From NCBI GenBank assembly GCA_003193925.1, contig PSPG01000013.1:1-47040 (forward strand): a stretch of 47,040 bases of DNA, written 5' to 3'. The translations under genes and the position numbers were made by a program. This document shows positions 1 through 12,008 of this stretch, in pieces. The notes under the pieces are model-generated. The model saw only the letters and a list, made by a program, of their open reading frames with translations, made no database searches and was not told the origin of the DNA. Each line of letters starts with the position of its first letter. Positions within the stretch are counted from its first letter, which is position 1. Source of the stretch: Candidatus Thalassarchaeum betae. Its GTDB lineage: Archaea; Thermoplasmatota; Poseidoniia; Poseidoniales; Thalassarchaeaceae.

Positions 1-2568
<2,568 letters not shown>

Positions 2569-2731
2569 GATTCTACAATCCCACCTTTGTGAGTCCTCTG
2601 GTGTCCAGGCATATCAATTCAGGTATCTCAGGCCACTCCGTCTCCCCGCAGGGCTGAGCGGCCTCAACCACTTACTATGGTACCTGATAGTACCAAAGCG
2701 CACTAAATGCAGGTTGGCGACCTACCTTTGG

Positions 2732-2739
2732 TATTTGAA
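2732..2739 (-). promoter_or_regulatory. Possible TATA-like box (TTCAAATA) for the 23S transcript
   Basis: AT-rich octamer resembling archaeal TTTAWATA, about 165 nt upstream of the estimated 23S 5' end and just downstream of a hairpin. Confidence 0.35.
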
Positions 2740-2749
2740 CTAAGCGGGA

Positions 2750-2778
2750 TTCACCCGCCCCCCTTAGGGGGCGGTGAA
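2750..2778 (-). terminator. GC-rich hairpin between the CPxCG gene and the 23S promoter region
   Basis: TTCACC(C)GCCCCC-CTTA-GGGGGCGGTGAA inverted repeat starting 8 nt after the stop of ORF 2786..3115. The terminator role is inferred. Confidence 0.4.
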
Positions 2779-2785
2779 AGTAGGG

Positions 2786-3115
2786 TCAGTCATCATCGTT
2801 CTCTGGGATGTGATCCAAGCCGAATGCCAAGGAGGTAGAGGAGAGTGCCCCGGGGCTGTCCTCGAGGCCGAACAGCAAACTACCCTCAGCAGGGGGCTCG
2901 GGGGCCACGTCCAAGTCGAATGGGAGCTCAGAGGAAGCAGGTATCGAAGCGTCTCTGTCGAGGTCGAAAGGGAGGTCGATGGGCTCGGGCGAGGATTCTG
3001 TGTCAGAGTGCTCCAACTCGGTGACCGGGGCTGGTCCCGAGCCCTCGTCGCTGCCGCATGCAGGGCACGACGGGGAGCCGGCGGACACCAGTCCGCATAT
3101 CGGGCATTCGTACAC
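2786..3115 (-). CDS. Small CPxCG zinc-ribbon protein with acidic tail
   Basis: N-terminal CPICG...CPACG; acidic Pro-rich tail with repeated LPFDLD. Confidence 0.75.
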   Translation of the reverse strand: MYECPICGLVSAGSPSCPACGSDEGSGPAPVTELEHSDTESSPEPIDLPFDLDRDASIPASSELPFDLDVAPEPPAEGSLLFGLEDSPGALSSTSLAFGLDHIPENDDD

Positions 3116-3172
3116 TGGCCTCGCTGCCCGGACTCACGCTTCACGCTGTCGGAGAGTCGGTCAGGCGAGGCG

Positions 3173-4579
3173 TCAGAAGCTGGTGTAGAGGACGCCGTGG
3201 AAGACGATGATGAAGACGGACGCGATGATGCAGGTGATGACCATCACAGGCAGGCCCACCCTAGCCCACTCCGCAGTGGTGATCGGTCTCGGCCCGCGCT
3301 CGCTGATGGCTACGGTCATCACGTTGGCGCTGGAGCCGATGGGAGTGGCGTTGCCACCGAATCCAGCCCCCATGGCGAGAGCCCAGAACAGAGGTGCTAT
3401 GTCGATGCTCGGGTCGGCTTCGCCGATGCTTACGATCACTGGGATCATCGCGGCGGTGAAGGGGATGTTGTCGATGACCGCGCTGGCGATAGCCGAGACC
3501 CAGACGACAGCTACGGCGAGCATCACCTGGTTGCTACCGAAGTTGTCGTAGATCCAAAATGCCAGATCGGACATGTAGCCTACGTTGCCGACCGCTCCGA
3601 CTAGGATGAACAGGCCGGCGAAGAACAGCAGGGCGGCCCACTCGATCCTCTCGGTGACCATGTGCATGAGACCGCCCCTGAGCTCGTGGTCCTTAGGGCG
3701 GGCCGCGACGAGCGCCAGACCTGCTCCGGTCAGTGCGATGGCGTGGATCTCGATTTCTAGACCAAGGAACTCCTTGGCGGAGAATGTCATCACCGTCAGG
3801 AGCAGGATGGCCAAGGTGGTGTACATGAGCCTCTTGTCCTCGACGGCATCCCACTCGTCCTCGGCGAGGATGGAGTCCACATTCGCAGGCTTCGAGTCGG
3901 CCCAGTCGCGGTAGTACCAGCGCATGTAACCCAGCGTTACGATCCATGCCAGCAAAGTCAGGATGCCTAAGCGTAGCAGGAACCCGTTGAAGCCGAACAG
4001 GTGGTCGAGTCCGAGATTGGCTGCCTCGGTGGCTATCATCACATTAGGCGGGTCACCGACCATGGATGCGACGCCGCCTGTGTCGGAGAGGATGGCCTCG
4101 GCGATCAGAGGGGGTATTGGATTGATCTCCATCCTGTTGCAGATTCTCAGGGTGACTGGGGCGATGATGATGATTGCCGTGACGTTGTCGATGACCAGTG
4201 AGATCACGGTGGTGAAGGTGCCGAGCAGGACGATGAGTTTCCACGGGTCGCCCCCGCTCATCTTCGCCGCCTTTATGGCGATGAACTCGAAGAATCCGCA
4301 GAGCTCGAGGATGGCGGCGAAGACCATCATGCCAAGCAGTAGTCCGATTACCTCGAACTCGATCCAACCAAGCATCGTGTGTTCGAGAGAGTATGTTTTG
4401 ACCAACTCTCCAGCGCTATCGTAGACCTCGTGGAGGTGAAAGACACCGGTCGCATGACCGTATAGGAGCATGACCGTCGAACCGAACCAAGCCGCGATCG
4501 TGCGGTGTGTGGATTCGGACAGGATGAGTATGAATGACACTATGAAAACAGCCAGAACCACCTGTTCCTGACTGAGCAT
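3173..4579 (-). CDS. ArsB/NhaD-superfamily anion permease (P-protein/SLC13/CitMHS-like)
   Basis: About 11-12 hydrophobic segments; motifs IDNVT, VGDPPNVMIA, IDNIPF, GGNATPIGSSAN. Start placed at ATG 4579 (MLSQEQ). Confidence 0.9.
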   Translation of the reverse strand: MLSQEQVVLAVFIVSFILILSESTHRTIAAWFGSTVMLLYGHATGVFHLHEVYDSAGELVKTYSLEHTMLGWIEFEVIGLLLGMMVFAAILELCGFFEFIAIKAAKMSGGDPWKLIVLLGTFTTVISLVIDNVTAIIIIAPVTLRICNRMEINPIPPLIAEAILSDTGGVASMVGDPPNVMIATEAANLGLDHLFGFNGFLLRLGILTLLAWIVTLGYMRWYYRDWADSKPANVDSILAEDEWDAVEDKRLMYTTLAILLLTVMTFSAKEFLGLEIEIHAIALTGAGLALVAARPKDHELRGGLMHMVTERIEWAALLFFAGLFILVGAVGNVGYMSDLAFWIYDNFGSNQVMLAVAVVWVSAIASAVIDNIPFTAAMIPVIVSIGEADPSIDIAPLFWALAMGAGFGGNATPIGSSANVMTVAISERGPRPITTAEWARVGLPVMVITCIIASVFIIVFHGVLYTSF

Positions 4580-4654
4580 GGCTTGCCGACCATTGGGGCC
4601 TCTAAATAAGTGACCATGCAACCCTATCCTCGCAGAGGATAGTTTTTGGTGTCC

Positions 4655-4909
4655 TCAGTAGTTCCCAGACCAGAACACGGCGACGTTGCCTCGGTGGTGG
4701 ACCAACCTCGAGTCAGTGGCTTCTGCGAGGAGGCCGAACATCTCAGACCTCTCTGCAGCACCATTGGCCACTCCCCGATTGGCCTTCGCCTTCACTAGGC
4801 CACGCTTGGAGAGTTGGTCGCTGAGTTCCTGGACCACCGAGTCGGTGACCCCATCCTTGCCAATCCTGACGGTGACTGATGTCGTCTTATCCTTGGCCTG
4901 GCGCCGCAC
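4655..4909 (-). CDS. yhbY: YhbY-family (CRM domain) RNA-binding protein
   Basis: VRIGKDGVTDSVVQELSDQLSKRGLVK and C-terminal RGNVAVFW; downstream of rnp4 as is common in archaea. Start codon uncertain. Confidence 0.85.
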   Translation of the reverse strand: MRRQAKDKTTSVTVRIGKDGVTDSVVQELSDQLSKRGLVKAKANRGVANGAAERSEMFGLLAEATDSRLVHHRGNVAVFWSGNY

Positions 4910-4928
4910 GGAGTCGGGGATGCCGGGG

Positions 4929-5267
4929 CTAATCAGAATCGCCCCCCGAGAAGTCCAGGCCAGAGCGCTTGATTCTGCCGCAGTTCTCGCAGGTTATGAC
5001 GAGCATGCCCCCTGTGATCCGGGTTCGGGCGGTGCGCCCGGGAATCAGGGCTGATTCGCAGCCCCGGCAGATCAGTCGCGAGGTGCCGGAGTCAGGACGC
5101 TCGCCGTGACGCTTGCCTATGCGGAGTATGTCACGCGCGGCGGCGTCGGCGAGCCGAGGGTCGATGGCATCGGAGTCCTTCAGCAGGGATGACAGCTCGT
5201 CGACGGCCCTCGAGGCCCTCCTCTTCCTCTTCGAGTCCCTACTGCCATGACGGCGCGGCTTCGTCAT
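4929..5267 (-). CDS. rnp4: Ribonuclease P protein component 4 (Rpp21)
   Basis: ICRGC..LIPG..ARTRI...VITCENCGRIKR zinc-ribbon pattern; GAGGT upstream of ATG 5267. Confidence 0.88.
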   Translation of the reverse strand: MTKPRRHGSRDSKRKRRASRAVDELSSLLKDSDAIDPRLADAAARDILRIGKRHGERPDSGTSRLICRGCESALIPGRTARTRITGGMLVITCENCGRIKRSGLDFSGGDSD

Positions 5268-5274
5268 CCTGACC

Positions 5275-5901
5275 TCACAGGGCACCGGAGAGGGCTTCCT
5301 CTATGGCCATGCCGACTTCGTCGATCGAGCGGTCTCCGTCGATTCTGACCAGCAGGCCCTTCTGCGCGTACCAGTCGGCTAACGGGGCCGTCTGCTGGTG
5401 GTAAGCCGAGAGCCGTTTCCTGACGGTCTGCTCGTTGTCGTCCTCGCGCTGGATGAGACGGCTGGATATCCCGGAGGGAGCCGGATTGAAGGCGACATGG
5501 TAGATGTCGCCGGTCTCGGGGTCCATCCTCCTGCCGACGATGCGCTCGACTACCGCATCGTCCGGGACCTCGATTGAGATGACGGCGTAGACCTCTGCCA
5601 CCTTCGACAGGGCCTCGGCCTGGGGGATGGTGCGTGGGTAGCCGTCGAACAGGACCCCCGAGGAGGCGTCATCGTCCTGCAGCCTCTCGGCAATTAGCCC
5701 GATGATGATGACGTCGGGCACGAGGAGCCCGGCGTCCACGTAGCCCTTGGCCTCCATACCTAGCTCGGAGCCAGCGGCCACCGCGGCGCGGAGCATGTCG
5801 CCAGTCGATATCTGAGGCTTCCCGGTGCGAACGACGATCCTGCCCGCTTGCGTCCCCTTGCCCGCGCCCGGGGGGCCGAACAGGACGACTGAGCCGCTCA
5901 T
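5275..5901 (-). CDS. adk: Adenylate kinase (bacterial/AK2-type)
   Basis: GPPGAGKGTQA, ISTGDMLR, LFDGYPRT, QREDDNE motifs. Confidence 0.97.
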   Translation of the reverse strand: MSGSVVLFGPPGAGKGTQAGRIVVRTGKPQISTGDMLRAAVAAGSELGMEAKGYVDAGLLVPDVIIIGLIAERLQDDDASSGVLFDGYPRTIPQAEALSKVAEVYAVISIEVPDDAVVERIVGRRMDPETGDIYHVAFNPAPSGISSRLIQREDDNEQTVRKRLSAYHQQTAPLADWYAQKGLLVRIDGDRSIDEVGMAIEEALSGAL

Positions 5902-5942
5902 CGGCTCGACGGACGTGGCGTGGGTGATAAGTCAAGCGCAGC

Positions 5943-8900
5943 CTATGGCTTGTTCTGCTCCCACCACAGGTGGCCATAAGCTACCCACTGCTCCATGGTC
6001 CAACCCTCGGGAAGCCCGCCGAGTGGCAAGGGGTGAGACCCCTCAGGAGACGAGGGGGGCTTCAGCGACGGGGACGACTGGGCGATGGCGGTTTGGACCT
6101 CTTCATCACTGACCCCACCCGTCATGACCTCTCCCGAAGCGGATGTGTCTAGGGCAGCGGCCTTGCGCTCGGACTGGGTTCCAGCGAGGAGGGCGGAGCC
6201 GGGCGGAATCAGCTCCTCCTCGGGCCTGAGCGACGACTCGGACGACCTGCGCATCCTGACGCCTGCGGCCACGACCGAGCCGAGCAGCGTGAGGAAGACC
6301 AGCGCCAAGGTCCAGTTAGGCAGTCCCAGATAGTCAAGCAGACCGCCAAGGCCACCGCGTGAGGACTCCCTTGCCTTGCTCACCCCCACCTCCAAGGTTC
6401 CGTCGGTGACAGTGGTGCTCGCGTCGCTGCCCGTCGAGTTCGCGAGGAGAGTGATTTCAGTCAGTCCGTGAGCGGCGTCGTCACCGGGGACCGCGGTGAC
6501 TGTGACCACCGCGGATTCGCCCGCACCCAGCGCTAGGATTGATGACGGACTGACTTCTATGGTCCAGTCATTGGGGCCGATTGCCTCGATATCGATATCG
6601 CTGACGGTATTGCCAAGATTGGTGACAACGACTTCGAAGGAGTCGCCTTCGGAGCCGATGTCCTCGATAGCCGTGGAATCGAAGGAGAGTCCGATCCAGA
6701 TCGAGGGCACCACTTCTATGGCCATCTCGACGGTGTATACGGAGGTCTCACCACTGGGAGTGGTTGCCTCGATGATGACTGAGACTGTCTGCTCAAGTGG
6801 CCCTGCAGGAAGGCTGCCGGGTAGGTCGACACCGACGGAGATGGTCGCCTCCCTGTTCATATCCATAGAGAAGTCCTTGCCGGACAGGAAGCCGCCCGAC
6901 CAGTCTGCAGGCAGGCTGCCCATCGTCAGGCTGACGGACAATTCGACGTTTCCTATGTTGTGAGCGAGGATGTCAGCAGTCCCCGGGCGCCCGAGGGCGA
7001 TGGACATGGTTTCATCCCATGACAGGTCCAATGCCGCGATCTCCTGCACCACGAGACGAGTGGCATTGGTGACGGTAGGGCCGTCGGCTAGGGTCGTGCG
7101 GATGGTGATGGTGTTGGAGTCCCCCATCTCTGCGGCCGGAGGCACGATGGTGACGATGGTGACTGATTTCGAGGAGCCCGCGACTATGTCGAGGGAGATC
7201 TTCTCCGATTGCACGTCGCTTCCCTCAGTGAGCTGGATGGGCCAGCTGTTCAGGGACGAGAACGCCTGGACGACGAACTGCATGGGCACGTTACCCTGGT
7301 TGGATACGACCAATTCGGTGGATATGGTGTCGCTGTTCAGGACGAATCTCGGCAGAGCGAGGGGCAGGGGGCCGAGCGCGGCTCCGTCTGAGTCGAACAA
7401 CTCCGGAGAGAAGTCGAGGCTCTCGAATACCTCGACCGTGGTATGCTCGTTAGTCTGCAGACTCGGATCGTTGACCGAGGTGGTGATGCACTCGACGTCC
7501 TCGGTGGTGCCTGCCGCGGGCTCGCCATCTTGGGCCGTAGGGACCTTGATACGTATCTGCAGGGGCAGGAACTGCAGTCGGTTCAGCGGCTCGAGCGTCA
7601 ACTCGGAGGACTGGCTGTTGCCGAGGTGTATGGTCCAGCGCTCAGTGGTCTCGCAACTGACGGTGTACTGCGTCGGGCCGTTGCCCGTGTTCTTGATGGA
7701 GAGAGAGAAGACGGCGAAATCACCGGGCTCGGCGCCTAGGCCCCCGGTCCCAGCGACTAGGGTGAACAGGCCCTCCACTCTCTCCACGATAACGGTGAGC
7801 CTGATGCTGTGGGCTACGGTGGGGGCGTTCGTGTCAAACAGGGTCAAGTCGGAGACGAAAGTCCCCGGGAGGGCATAGACGGCGTCGGACGGGTTCGAGA
7901 TGTCGGTGTCCATATCCGACATGTTGAGAGTGACCACGATGCGATCCCCCTCCTCTCCAAAGGGAGCCAGCGTCCACGGTCCGGACTCGTTAATCAACTT
8001 CCACCACTCGTCCTGAGGCTGATACAGAACGCCGTCGTTGCTCAGTAACTGCACAGGCGAAACGCTCAGCCCGACCGATATCTGCGAGGTTCCCTCGTTG
8101 CGCATCTCGAGCTCGAAGAGTACCCAGCTCGCCGTCCTCGGGTCGAGTGTGCGGGTCTTGGCCTGCTCTAACTCGGCCGGGTTGTTGGGCACGGTGCCGT
8201 CCTCCAGCAGAGGCGTGAGTCGAACGCCTATCTGCGAGACGTTGATGAGCAGTAGGATGCGATTGTTGTCGACACCGTTGACCTCGTCGTTCAGCTCTTC
8301 GACCTCTGATGCGGAGTCCAGTCGTAACTCCAACGTGTGGAGTCCTGTCGTAGAGAAGGAGTGCGGGAACGACAGCGAGTCCAGCATCCCCCCGTCCAGC
8401 GAGGAGCGTCCGGAGGTGTGGATGACGACTCCGTCAGTGATGTCCTCGATCTCGATCGAGTAGGCGCCGGTGGGCGCTGCGGCTTGGTTCTTCCACGCCG
8501 CCTCGACGAGGAAGGTGTCCCCCTGAAGGGGGCTCTCCACAGAACTCGACAGCGAGCCCGGGAAGACGGTGAGATCGGAGTCCTCGCGCTCGACGGCCAA
8601 GCCGCTCAGCACGAGGGCGAAGTCCTGCATACCGCCCCCGGCGTGTCCGACCTCGATGGTCCAGACACCCGTCGGACCTGCCGGCAGGCGTATCCTCTCG
8701 ATGTTGTTCAGGCGGTCTGCCGAGCCACCGGTTACACTCATGCCGTTGGCGAAGTCATTGCCGAGGTACTCGGTGCCATCGGGGGAAGTCGCCTTGAGAT
8801 CCAGATCATTGACCAGCCTCGGCGCGCTTTGGTCGGCTACAGCCGAGCCCTCTCTGTCGTTCCAGACGAGGGTGATGTCCATTCCCGATGCTCCGTCCAC

Positions 8901-10727
8901 GTCGAACGTGTAGAGGAAACTGTGACCAGGCAGGAGCTCTCGGGAGTAGTCGTACATCACGGAGAGCGCCTGGCCACTGGAAGTCGGGTAGAGGCTGTTT
9001 GCGAGGTCCAGCTGACCCCATCCCTCCATCGCATTGGGCACGTCTGCTGCCCCGATGTCCTCGGCGCCGTTGATCATGATGGCTCGAATCAGGTCGGAGC
9101 GCGGCTCGCTGATGCCTTCGTATTCCCTGAGGTACTGTCTGACCATGGCGGCCGCTCCTGCGGCCACGGGCGTGGCCATCGAGGACCCGTTGAGCGTCAT
9201 GTACAGTGGAGTGGTGCCGTCGCTGTGGGTGGCGCTGGAGCACGAGCCTCCATTGGCGAACTGAGCCTCCTCGGCTCTGGCCGAGCATATCATCACCCCG
9301 GGCGCGACCAAGTCGGGCTTGATGCGCCCGTCAAGGGTGGTACCTCTAGATGAGAAGCCAGCGACGGAGCCCTCGGCCGTGCTGCCGTAAGCGCCGGTCG
9401 TGGAAGCCCCCACCGTGAGCACGTTCTTCGCCGTCCCGGGGGGGGTGACGCTGTTCCCGCCGCTGGAGCCCAGATCGCCAGCGGAGAAGAGGACGAGGAA
9501 GCGCGGGTAGTCCACTATGAAAGAGTCGGCGGACCTCGAGTCGGAGCTATACTCGCCGACCAGGTTCTCGTTGCCCCAGCTGTTGGTCTGTATGCGCGCG
9601 CTGTTCTGCCATGCGTGGCTGAACATATCGTAGAGGGAGCCCCAGCGAGCGAGCAGCCCCGAACTGTCGGCTTCGAGCTGGTAGAAGTGGAAGGTGGCGG
9701 CTGGGACCATGCCGACGGTGGTGGAGTCGCCCGAGCCGTCGCCCAGCAGGGTCGCGGTTACGTGAGTGCCGTGCCCGCTGTTCCTGTCGAGGGCGGAGTT
9801 ATCCGGGCCGAACTGATGATATATGGCCCGAATCCTATTGCCGAAGTCACCGTGGTCACCATCGAGCCCGGTATCCGAGATGGCGAGCACTTCCCCACTT
9901 CCGTTCAGAGTGTTACCCGAGCTGAGGAAGGTCGAATCGATGCCGCCTATAGCACGCGCGTTATCATTGTGGATGGTGATCTGAGAGGCGGAGCCGACAT
10001 GGAGAATCCTGCCGTCCATGGCGAGGACGGGAATCCAGGCGGCATCGACCGAGCGCGGTTGGCACAGGTAGGCGTCACAGACGCCTCGAGGTCCGATCTC
10101 TCCTGAGATCGACTCGAGGTCCTGTGACAGGGCCGCGAGCTCCTCGGACCTGAGGTCGGGAGAGGGAGTGATGTCGAGATCGACCACGATGCCCTGACGG
10201 CCTGCCAGAGGGACCAACTCAGAGGAGACTCGCCACGCTATCGGCAGTTGGCCGGCCCACCTGACGCTGGGCAGCCTGCCGAGCTCTCCGATGATGGCAT
10301 CGATACGCTGGGAGTCCACGCGGATGACCACGGTGTCGTCGGGGACGACGTCTATCACAGAGACGCCCATGGCGGAGAGGGACTCCTGCAGCGGAGTCAT
10401 GTCCGCGCTAGTCGACTGGACCAGTAGCATCCCTGTGCGTTGCATGGCAGATGGGTCGTACAGGGTCTCGGGGCCGAGCGGGATTACGTCCCTGATTGGG
10501 TCGAAGGAGCCGAATGGCGAGTGTATCACCCCAGAGGCTTCTCGCAGGGAGTAGGTCGATGGCCTGACGACTGAGATGGAGGTCCAGGAATGAGACTCGG
10601 TCGATGTCACCTCACCTATCTCGGAGACCGGTAATTCAGCGTCTTCGGAGACGCTGGCTAGCACCCCTCCCCATGTGGATAGGAGCAATGCTGCGAGTAC
10701 AGGTATGACCAAGCGTACGCTAGTCAT
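5943..10727 (-). CDS. Membrane-anchored S8 (subtilisin, KP-43-like) serine peptidase with CARDB/Ig-like domains
   Basis: Signal peptide; triad DTGLD, HGTHV, GSSMATP; GRIKPDLVAPG; VNDLDL...NNIERI jelly-roll domain; repeated NxGN Ig-like modules; TM helix near 6260-6325. Confidence 0.93.
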   Translation of the reverse strand: MTSVRLVIPVLAALLLSTWGGVLASVSEDAELPVSEIGEVTSTESHSWTSISVVRPSTYSLREASGVIHSPFGSFDPIRDVIPLGPETLYDPSAMQRTGMLLVQSTSADMTPLQESLSAMGVSVIDVVPDDTVVIRVDSQRIDAIIGELGRLPSVRWAGQLPIAWRVSSELVPLAGRQGIVVDLDITPSPDLRSEELAALSQDLESISGEIGPRGVCDAYLCQPRSVDAAWIPVLAMDGRILHVGSASQITIHNDNARAIGGIDSTFLSSGNTLNGSGEVLAISDTGLDGDHGDFGNRIRAIYHQFGPDNSALDRNSGHGTHVTATLLGDGSGDSTTVGMVPAATFHFYQLEADSSGLLARWGSLYDMFSHAWQNSARIQTNSWGNENLVGEYSSDSRSADSFIVDYPRFLVLFSAGDLGSSGGNSVTPPGTAKNVLTVGASTTGAYGSTAEGSVAGFSSRGTTLDGRIKPDLVAPGVMICSARAEEAQFANGGSCSSATHSDGTTPLYMTLNGSSMATPVAAGAAAMVRQYLREYEGISEPRSDLIRAIMINGAEDIGAADVPNAMEGWGQLDLANSLYPTSSGQALSVMYDYSRELLPGHSFLYTFDVDGASGMDITLVWNDREGSAVADQSAPRLVNDLDLKATSPDGTEYLGNDFANGMSVTGGSADRLNNIERIRLPAGPTGVWTIEVGHAGGGMQDFALVLSGLAVEREDSDLTVFPGSLSSSVESPLQGDTFLVEAAWKNQAAAPTGAYSIEIEDITDGVVIHTSGRSSLDGGMLDSLSFPHSFSTTGLHTLELRLDSASEVEELNDEVNGVDNNRILLLINVSQIGVRLTPLLEDGTVPNNPAELEQAKTRTLDPRTASWVLFELEMRNEGTSQISVGLSVSPVQLLSNDGVLYQPQDEWWKLINESGPWTLAPFGEEGDRIVVTLNMSDMDTDISNPSDAVYALPGTFVSDLTLFDTNAPTVAHSIRLTVIVERVEGLFTLVAGTGGLGAEPGDFAVFSLSIKNTGNGPTQYTVSCETTERWTIHLGNSQSSELTLEPLNRLQFLPLQIRIKVPTAQDGEPAAGTTEDVECITTSVNDPSLQTNEHTTVEVFESLDFSPELFDSDGAALGPLPLALPRFVLNSDTISTELVVSNQGNVPMQFVVQAFSSLNSWPIQLTEGSDVQSEKISLDIVAGSSKSVTIVTIVPPAAEMGDSNTITIRTTLADGPTVTNATRLVVQEIAALDLSWDETMSIALGRPGTADILAHNIGNVELSVSLTMGSLPADWSGGFLSGKDFSMDMNREATISVGVDLPGSLPAGPLEQTVSVIIEATTPSGETSVYTVEMAIEVVPSIWIGLSFDSTAIEDIGSEGDSFEVVVTNLGNTVSDIDIEAIGPNDWTIEVSPSSILALGAGESAVVTVTAVPGDDAAHGLTEITLLANSTGSDASTTVTDGTLEVGVSKARESSRGGLGGLLDYLGLPNWTLALVFLTLLGSVVAAGVRMRRSSESSLRPEEELIPPGSALLAGTQSERKAAALDTSASGEVMTGGVSDEEVQTAIAQSSPSLKPPSSPEGSHPLPLGGLPEGWTMEQWVAYGHLWWEQNKP

Positions 10728-10804
10728 GAATACAGCCGACTCACGGGGGCTTTTTGACCGTTCACGCTAGGTGTATGCTTGTGCTCACTACCTTGGAGTC
10801 GCCT

Positions 10805-11845
10805 TCAGAGGTCGTAGTAGTCTGAAATCGCCCTGTCGGTCTTGGCCACAGAGACCCGCCAGTCGGGCTCTGTGCCCATTAGTGCGCGGATGCAGTCGAT
10901 GTTCTCGGGGATGACGTCGCTCTCCTGGTGGATGGCCTGGAAGTAGTACAGTCGGTCATCAACCAGCTTGACGCCGTCCTCCCACACGAATATCTCGTGC
11001 AGGTCACCCCACTTGCGGCCTATGTCGCGTGCCATCTCCATTACCTCGGCAGTGGTGGTCAGACGGTGCCGCTCGCCGTGCATGACGACGACTCTCGGCG
11101 TGCCCCTCCACATCTCGATGACCGACTCGGTCGTGAGTCCGTGGCCCTCGGGCAGGTCGGCGATGATGGTGTGTACATGCATCAGGGTGGTGGGCACGGC
11201 GACCGCCAGTGAGTTGATCTCGATCTCAGGTTTGACGGTCATAAGGTCGAAACCGTGGTGGCTGGGCACCTTGAGCACTGGCTTGATGGCGTTGATCGGG
11301 CCCTTATTCGAGTCTCCGGGGTCAGCGGCGCGACGAATCATCGTGCACTCGACCTTGAGCGAGCCGCAGTGCTCGTACAGTGGGACGAGGGTACGCGAGA
11401 GCCCGGTGGTGTTGCATGAGACTACGCGAGTGCCGTCTGCGTCGAGGTTCTCGGCGTGATTCGCATTGGAGGAGTATGACAATCCGGTCAGCGAGTGCTT
11501 CTCTCCGCCTTGGAACACGTGCTTGACACCTGCGGCCGTGTACTTCGATAGGTTGTCAGCGCCCATCTTGCCCGGTGCGCAGTCGACGACGATGTCGGCG
11601 ATCGCAAGCAGGTCGGAAAGGCCGCCTCGACACTCGTAGCCTCCTGAGGAGAACGAGGCGATGCGTGCGGACTCGTCGGTGGTGCAGTAGAGGGGAAAGC
11701 CCTTCCTCGCAGCGAGTTCGCAGCCGAAGCTCGGGCCGGTCTTAGAGACGCCGACGACCTCCATGTCGTCTTGGGCGTCCACTGCATCGGCTACTCTCTT
11801 ACCGATAGTCCCGTAGCCATTGATGGCGACTTTGATCAACGCCAT
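10805..11845 (-). CDS. gap: Archaeal (type II) glyceraldehyde-3-phosphate dehydrogenase
   Basis: INGYGTIGKRVADAV, VVSCNTTGL, PSHHG, QAIHQESDVIPENID. Confidence 0.97.
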   Translation of the reverse strand: MALIKVAINGYGTIGKRVADAVDAQDDMEVVGVSKTGPSFGCELAARKGFPLYCTTDESARIASFSSGGYECRGGLSDLLAIADIVVDCAPGKMGADNLSKYTAAGVKHVFQGGEKHSLTGLSYSSNANHAENLDADGTRVVSCNTTGLSRTLVPLYEHCGSLKVECTMIRRAADPGDSNKGPINAIKPVLKVPSHHGFDLMTVKPEIEINSLAVAVPTTLMHVHTIIADLPEGHGLTTESVIEMWRGTPRVVVMHGERHRLTTTAEVMEMARDIGRKWGDLHEIFVWEDGVKLVDDRLYYFQAIHQESDVIPENIDCIRALMGTEPDWRVSVAKTDRAISDYYDL

Positions 11846-12008
11846 GACCCCACGAAGCGCCGCTTTCGGCGATTTGACGCCCTTGACTACCCTCTATCAA
11901 CATACCCTTTGCCCCGCGGGCTGGATTACCTGCCCCTAAGCACCTGTGGGGCGTCTCGCTGCCCGTCAGAATGAAGACTACTAGCACCACGTCCGGGCAG
12001 GGAGAACC

